Source of the DNA: Octopus sinensis
Lineage: Eukaryota
Direction: 5' to 3'
Assembly (NCBI RefSeq): GCF_006345805.1
Contig: NW_021833356.1
Location: 1-27,766 of the forward strand
Length of the DNA: 27,766 bases
Each line of letters opens with the position of its first letter. Position 1 is the first letter of the stretch. Of the stretch, positions 22,431 to 27,766 are shown in pieces. The notes below the pieces were generated by a model. The model was given only the letters and a program-made list of their open reading frames with translations. It was not told the DNA's origin and did no database searches. Both the position numbers and the translations under genes were made by a program.

Positions 22431-22992
22431 TTGTGACACACAGGACAGGTAAAGTGCTAAGATGAGTCTTATGGAATCTGATGATGAATTTGTGATACAA
22501 GGGACAAGCAAAGGATTAAGATGAGTTTTATGGACTCTGATGATGAATTTGTGATACATGGGACATGTATAGGGTTAAGATGAGTCTTTTGGAATCTGAT
22601 GATGAATTTGTGATACATGGGACAAGCAAAGGATTAAGATGAGTCTTATGGACTCTGATGATGAATTTGTGATACATGGGACAAGCAAAGGGTTAAGATG
22701 AGTCTTATGGACTCTGATGATGAATTTGTGATACATGGGACAAGCAAAGGATTAAGATGAGTCTTATCAACTCTGATGATGAATTTGTGATACATGGGAC
22801 ACGCAAAGGATTAAGATGAGTCTTATCAACTCTGATGATGAATTTGTGATACATGGGACAAGCAAAGGATTAAATGAGTCTTATGGACTCTGATGATGAA
22901 TTTGTGATACATGGGACAAGCAAAGGATTAAGATGAGTCTTATGGACTCTGATGATGAATTTGTGATACACAGGACAAGCAGAGAGTTAATG
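22431..22992. repeat. 59-bp minisatellite, about 9.5 units
   Basis: Unit TTGTGATACATGGGACAAGCAAAGGATTAAGATGAGTCTTATGGACTCTGATGATGAAT starts at 22431, 22490, 22549, 22608, 22667, 22726, 22785, 22844, 22902 and 22961. Confidence 0.95.
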
Positions 22993-23020
22993 ATTTTTTA
23001 AATTTGAAATTAAGTAGCAG

Positions 23021-23255
23021 GAAATTTATTGGTCAGTAGAGAATTTATCAATCAGTACTTCATATATTGACAATCAATATAAAGCTGAATGATCATTATG
23101 GAATATATTGATCAGTATATACATTATTGATCAGTAAAGAATTTATGAATGAGTATAAACGTCATCAGTCAGCTTGGAATATGTTGATCAATATTGAAAC
23201 TATCGATCAGTTTACACTTTATTGATCAATATGGAATATATTACTCAATTGATGA
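23021..23255. repeat. Highly degenerate short-period array with an ATTGATCAG/ATTGATCAA core
   Basis: Recurring AAT(T/A)TATTGATCAGTA-like units at roughly 18-40 bp spacing. Confidence 0.65.
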
Positions 23256-23443
23256 GAGATACTTAACAAGATCAAAATAGTTTTTTTCCGTAAAATTTGT
23301 CAGGCTCTTTTGGTTTAACCAATTTGAAAGACTGCCAAATCGCATTTCTTATTGGAAAAAATTGATTGCCTTGTCGTCATTTCGCCGCAGGGCAGCCCTT
23401 ATCAAAACCCCTAGTTTGTGCCAGTTAGTATTCCTCAGACATA

Positions 23444-23660
23444 CGAGGGCATGCTGAAAAAAGTTCCTGGCTTTAAGGATATTATGGTAGGCCTAGCTGG
23501 AGCTCCAGCCTTCCTAGTTCTTTTACAGGGCTTAGAAAAAACTGAAGGACCACTGCAATAACTGTGTGAATCTGAGAGGGGAAACATGTTGAATAGAATC
23601 ATAATTAGCTGATCCTCCTGTAATTTCCTTTATCCAAAGCCAAGAACTTTTCAGGACCCC
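23444..23660. mobile_element. Mariner-type MITE, right end clipped by a SINE insertion
   Basis: Left end TA|CGAGGGCATGCTGAAAAAAGTTCCTGGCTTT. The inverted right end AAAGCCAAGAACTTTTCAGGACCCC runs into poly-C and (ATC)n. Confidence 0.75.
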
Positions 23661-23667
23661 CCCCCCC

Positions 23668-23992
23668 ATCATCATCATCATCGTTTAACGTCCGTTCTCC
23701 ATGCTAGCATGGGTTGGACGGTTCGACCGGGGATCTGGGAAGCCAGAAGGCTGCACCAGGCTCCAGTCTTATCTGGCAATGTTTCTACAGCTGGATGCCC
23801 TTCCTAATGCCAACCACTCCGTGAGTGTAGTGGGTGCTTTTTACGTGCCACCTGCACAGGTGCCAGGCGAGGCTGGCAACGGCCACGGTCAGATTGGTGT
23901 ATTTTACGTGCCACCGGCACAGAAGCCAGTCGAGGCGGCGCTGGCATCGGCCACGAGTCTGATAGTGCTTTTAACGTACCACCAGACCAGGG
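23668..23992 (-). mobile_element. SINE family D, young copy
   Basis: Near-identical inverted match to 4505-4734; carries 2-3 internal GTGCCACC repeats. Confidence 0.9.
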
Positions 23993-24071
23993 ATATATAT
24001 ATATATATATATAGGTGAGAAATCCTTAGAGGCTTTAAATACCTCTAACTTATACATATATATATATGTGT

Positions 24072-24561
24072 GGAGGCGCAATGGCCCAGTGGTTAGGACA
24101 GTGGACTCACAGTCATAGGATTGCAGTTTTGATTCCTAGAGCAGGCATTGTGAGTGTTTATTGAGTGAAAATATCTAAAGCTCCACGAGGCTCCAGCAGG
24201 GGGGGGGTGAACCCTGCTGTACTCTTTCACCACAACTTTCTCCCACTCTTTCTTCCTGTTTCTGTTGTACCTGTATTTCGAAGGGCCAGCCTTGTCACAC
24301 TCTGTGTCATGTTGAATCCACCCGAGAACTACGTTAAGGGTACATGTGTCTGTGGAGTGCTCAGCCACTTGCACGTTAAGAAATGAGCTGTGACATCACA
24401 GGTGCCAAGCTGTATCGGCCCCTTTGCCATTTCCTTGGATAACACTGGTGGCATGGAGAGGAGAGGCCAGTATGCATGGGTGACAGCTGGTCTGCCATAA
24501 ACAACCTTACCCCTGGACTTGTGCCTAGGAGGGTAACTTTCTAGGTGCAATCCCATGGTCA
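24072..24561 (+). mobile_element. Chimeric SINE: family A (24072-24379) joined to the family B 3' half (24380-24561)
   Basis: tRNA-like head GGAGGCGCAATGGCCCAGTGGTTAGG. After GCACGTTAA the sequence switches to GAAATGAGCTGTGACATCAC, matching 10120-10295. Confidence 0.8.
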
Positions 24562-25103
24562 GAATAACACGTAAACGAATAAAAGAATTATAAAAATCAT
24601 AAAAACATAAATATTGTATAAATTTGTACGAAAACGGATGACAGATGTCGTGGTTGCTAACGGGAGTTGTAAATATGGTTATTACCTGTTGACCTGTGGC
24701 TCTCAACTACTCATGTAGGTTCAATACAGGTAAGTTGATTACATGTAGGCATTTTCACATGTATTTGCAAGATATCAATTCTTAGCATGGATTTCCTATC
24801 TCTAAACTGAATTTGTGTTTCATTAATCTCTGTAACTTCGAAGCTGCAGAACTCCCATTAGGAGGGGGAAAAAAAGCCAAGCATTCTGACGTATATCTTC
24901 GTCTCCTTTATCACTAAGAAATAATGTTATTTACTCATATAAAAATAATAGCGTGCCCGTCATAAAATTACCAGTAGGCAGAAACACTGCCTTTAAAATA
25001 TATCAGTAAATTCAAGTTTTACTTTGATTTATTCTATGCTGTTCCCTAACGATGCAATAATCAAAGCAATAATGAAATATAGGATCAACATCTCTTCAGT
25101 CTT

Positions 25104-25924
25104 TAAATGTCTGTATGAATTACCTACTGGTGTGTACAGGTTACACTCTCATTCTGATTATATCACTAATAAATAATAATTTATAAAACATTAATAAATA
25201 TGTGATGTTGAATTGCCCACTGGTGTGTACAGGTGACACTCTAATACCATTCTGATTATATCGCTAATAAATAATAATTTATAAATCATTAATAAATATG
25301 TGATGTTGAATTACTTACTGGTGTGTACAGGTGACACTCTAATACCATTCTGATTATATCACTATTAAATAATAATTTATAAATCATTAATAAATATGTG
25401 ATGTTGAATTACTTACTGGTGTGTACAGGTGACACTCTAATACCATTCTGATTATATCACTAATAGATAATAATTTATAAATCATTAATAAATATGTGAT
25501 GTTGAATTACCTACTGGTGTGTGCAGGTGACACTCTAATACCATTCTGATTATATCACTAATAGATAATAATTTATAAATCATTAATAAATATGTGATGT
25601 TGAATTACCTACTGGTGTGTGCAGGTGACACTCTAATACCATTCTGATTATATCGCTAATAAATAATAATTTATAAATCATTAATAAATATGTGATGATG
25701 AATTGCCCACTGGTGTGTACAGATGACACTCCAGTACCATTCTGATTATATTTTTGAAGTACAAGTTACATTTTTCTGATTATACCACTAATAAATGATA
25801 ATTTATAAATCATTTAACAGATGTATTATATCCACTGGCAAACAGTTAATACAAGGGATATAATCATTTTTACATAGTATTTGGTAGGATTAGGAGTTTG
25901 AATTTGAAATCAAGGAATGAGATA
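25104..25924. repeat. Copy B of the duplicated module, with a 98-bp minisatellite of six full units plus a partial seventh
   Basis: TGAATT(ACCT/GCCC/ACTT)ACTGGTGTG starts at 25116, 25209, 25307, 25405, 25503, 25601 and 25699; both flanks match 19170-19516. Confidence 0.95.
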
Positions 25925-26210
25925 AAAGATGCATAGTTTTCATGTATTTATTTATTCATTATTTTTGCTGTTTACTTTTTATGAGGTTTTTAAAATTTCT
26001 AGTCTATGGTAGTCATGTATAGCACTCTTTCATCCTTTTTAGAAACTGTCAGCATGGTATAATCTGAAGATTATTAATTAAACTTTTCATGAAGTGAAAA
26101 ATATACCATCAAATTCTAACTCACTAATTTAGGTATTATTGCTGTGATGCTTGAAAGTGAAAGGAAGGAAAATATCCTAAGAAAATTTACTAAGAAAATA
26201 TCCTAAGATA

Positions 26211-26636
26211 GGCATAGGAGTAGCTGTGTGGTAAGTAGCTTACTTACAAACCACATGGTTCTGGGTTCAGTCCCACTGCGTGACACCTTGGGCAAGTGTC
26301 TTCTAATATAGCCTCGGGCCGACCAAAGCCTTGTGAGTGGTTTGGTAGACGAAAACTGAAAGAAGTCCGTTGTATATATGTGTAAGTATATATGTGTATG
26401 TATATATGTATGTGTGTGTGTATATGTTTGGGTGTCTGTGTTTGTCCCCCCAACATCGCTTGACAACTGATGGTGGTGTGTTTACATCCCCGTTACTTAG
26501 CGGTTCAGCAAAAGAGACCGATAGAATAAGTACTGGGCTTACAAAAGAATAAGTCCCGGGTTCGAGTGGCTCGATTAAAGGCGGTGCTCCAGCATGGCCG
26601 CAGTCAAAAGACTGAAACAAGTAAAAAAAATAAAAA
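26211..26636 (+). mobile_element. Full-length tRNA-derived SINE (family C)
   Basis: Head with A-box-like TAGCTGTGTGG and B-box-like GGTTCAGTCC, internal (TA/TG)n, and 3' end GGCGGTGCTCCAGCATGGCCGCAGTC with an A-rich tail. Confidence 0.9.
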
Positions 26637-27094
26637 TCCAAAATGTTCATACTCTAATGTCACAGGTAAAAGAAACGAAAAATTCCTGTCCTCGTTTGTA
26701 GAAGTTCTTCATGGATGGGTGGGTAAAAATCCAAGGAATTCTTATTGAAACCTCATGAATAAAAGAGTGGAGAATGTGGATAATCCCTTATAGCTGGTTC
26801 AGAAGTTTGGTGTTCATGACACGCAGTAACAAGCATCTCTTGGAACACACCTCGATGTGTAAAAAAATCCTCAAAATCTCTCTCTCTCTCTCTGTTTTCA
26901 TGTTCTCCTCTTGTCTTTCGCTACAGATATTTCTCTACAAAACAAAATCTCTGTCTCTGTTGTCAATACTTCGAAATTATCGTTCGGCTACGTTTATGAA
27001 TATGTATTGCCATACATAATTGCATTTTAAATTCATTTGATGAGGTCAATAGATCAAAACATGTGTGACCGCCTGTAACAAATATTTAAAATAC

Positions 27095-27118
27095 TATATA
27101 TGCGTGTCTGTGTGTATG

Positions 27119-27164
<46 letters not shown>

Positions 27165-27325
27165 GTGTGTGTGTGTCTGTGTGTATATATAAATATATAT
27201 ATATATAAAATATATATATTATATATACATAATATATATATGTATATATATATATATGTATAATATATATATAGATATATATATAAACAGATATATAATA
27301 TAAACATGCATCTTTATATACATAC
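27095..27325. repeat. (TG)n/(TA)n microsatellite
   Basis: Direct reading. Confidence 0.95.
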
Positions 27326-27557
27326 ATACCCTTTTACTCGTTTCAGTCCTTTGGTTGCAGTCATATGTTTCTATAAGATATTATATATAACCAAAAAAAT
27401 GTTTTGCTGAAATTATAATCCCATATATATATATATATATATATATGCATGTATACATCAAGACAGAATTGGAAGTGCATTGTGACTAGCAGTGCATAAA
27501 AGCATTTGATTGTCTGGTCAATACTGTGATACTGTGATGTATGTATATACATACATA

Positions 27558-27601
<44 letters not shown>

Positions 27602-27766
27602 ATGATATATATAATATATGGATGTATAAAGAGAGAGATAGAGACGTGTATAGAAAGCAGTATGGACAGGTATGATAGTAAATAGGATACAACGATATCA
27701 AATCGCATATACACTAACTCAAATGTGTAAATTTGCTATAATATATAATAAATGAAACTGAAAGTA

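Noticed and set aside
4463-24018. Near-identical ORFs MLAWVGRFD... at 4463-4705 (-) and 23701-24018 (+) as a gene family
   Set aside because: Both are the antisense frame of family D SINE copies.
22431-25790. CRISPR-like arrays (59-bp and 98-bp periods)
   Set aside because: The units repeat along their whole length with no unique spacers, there are no cas genes, and the context is eukaryotic.
26168-26208. Three copies of a 13-bp unit GAAAAT(A/T)T(C/A)CTAA next to the full-length SINE as a target-site duplication
   Set aside because: All copies are on the 5' side with no clear match after the tail; treated as a trivial local slippage repeat.
9984-26290. tRNA genes at the SINE heads (9984, 20648, 21171, 24072, 26211)
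   Set aside because: A-box- and B-box-like motifs are present, but there is no intact cloverleaf and each continues into a SINE body.
5968-27714. Dozens of Ile/Tyr/His/Thr/Cys-rich ORFs in the ORF track
   Set aside because: They are translations of (TA)n, (CA)n and (TATG)n microsatellites, which lack stop codons by composition.

Overview
AT-rich, repeat-dense animal nuclear DNA, probably an intron or intergenic region of an octopus. That assignment is inference from recalled resemblance of the tRNA-headed SINE families, (TA)n/(TACA)n fields and MITE types to Octopus repeats. No identifiable host protein-coding gene, RNA gene or CRISPR array is supported. The ORF track is mostly translated microsatellite (Ile/Tyr/His/Thr runs) or SINE/Helitron sequence. 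The window holds about 20 SINE copies or fragments from several modular families, non-autonomous DNA elements (Tc1, mariner, hAT-Charlie, piggyBac-type, Helitron-like, and a long palindrome), and one degraded RTE-clade reverse transcriptase fossil interrupted by a SINE. It also holds minisatellites of 59, 66 and 98 bp. Several short segments have good splice signals, mainly on the + strand, so the window may be part of a long-intron gene with small or micro-exons; this cannot be confirmed without RNA data. The most unusual observations are a one-strand array of ten TGACC motifs with TACTAAC and TGCATG ahead of a UGC-type acceptor, an 88-bp templated insertion at the centre of a 12-bp palindrome, and a 350-bp module repeated 5.9 kb away with its 98-bp unit expanded from 1 to 6 copies. 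I found no convincing new biological system; the findings are hypotheses.
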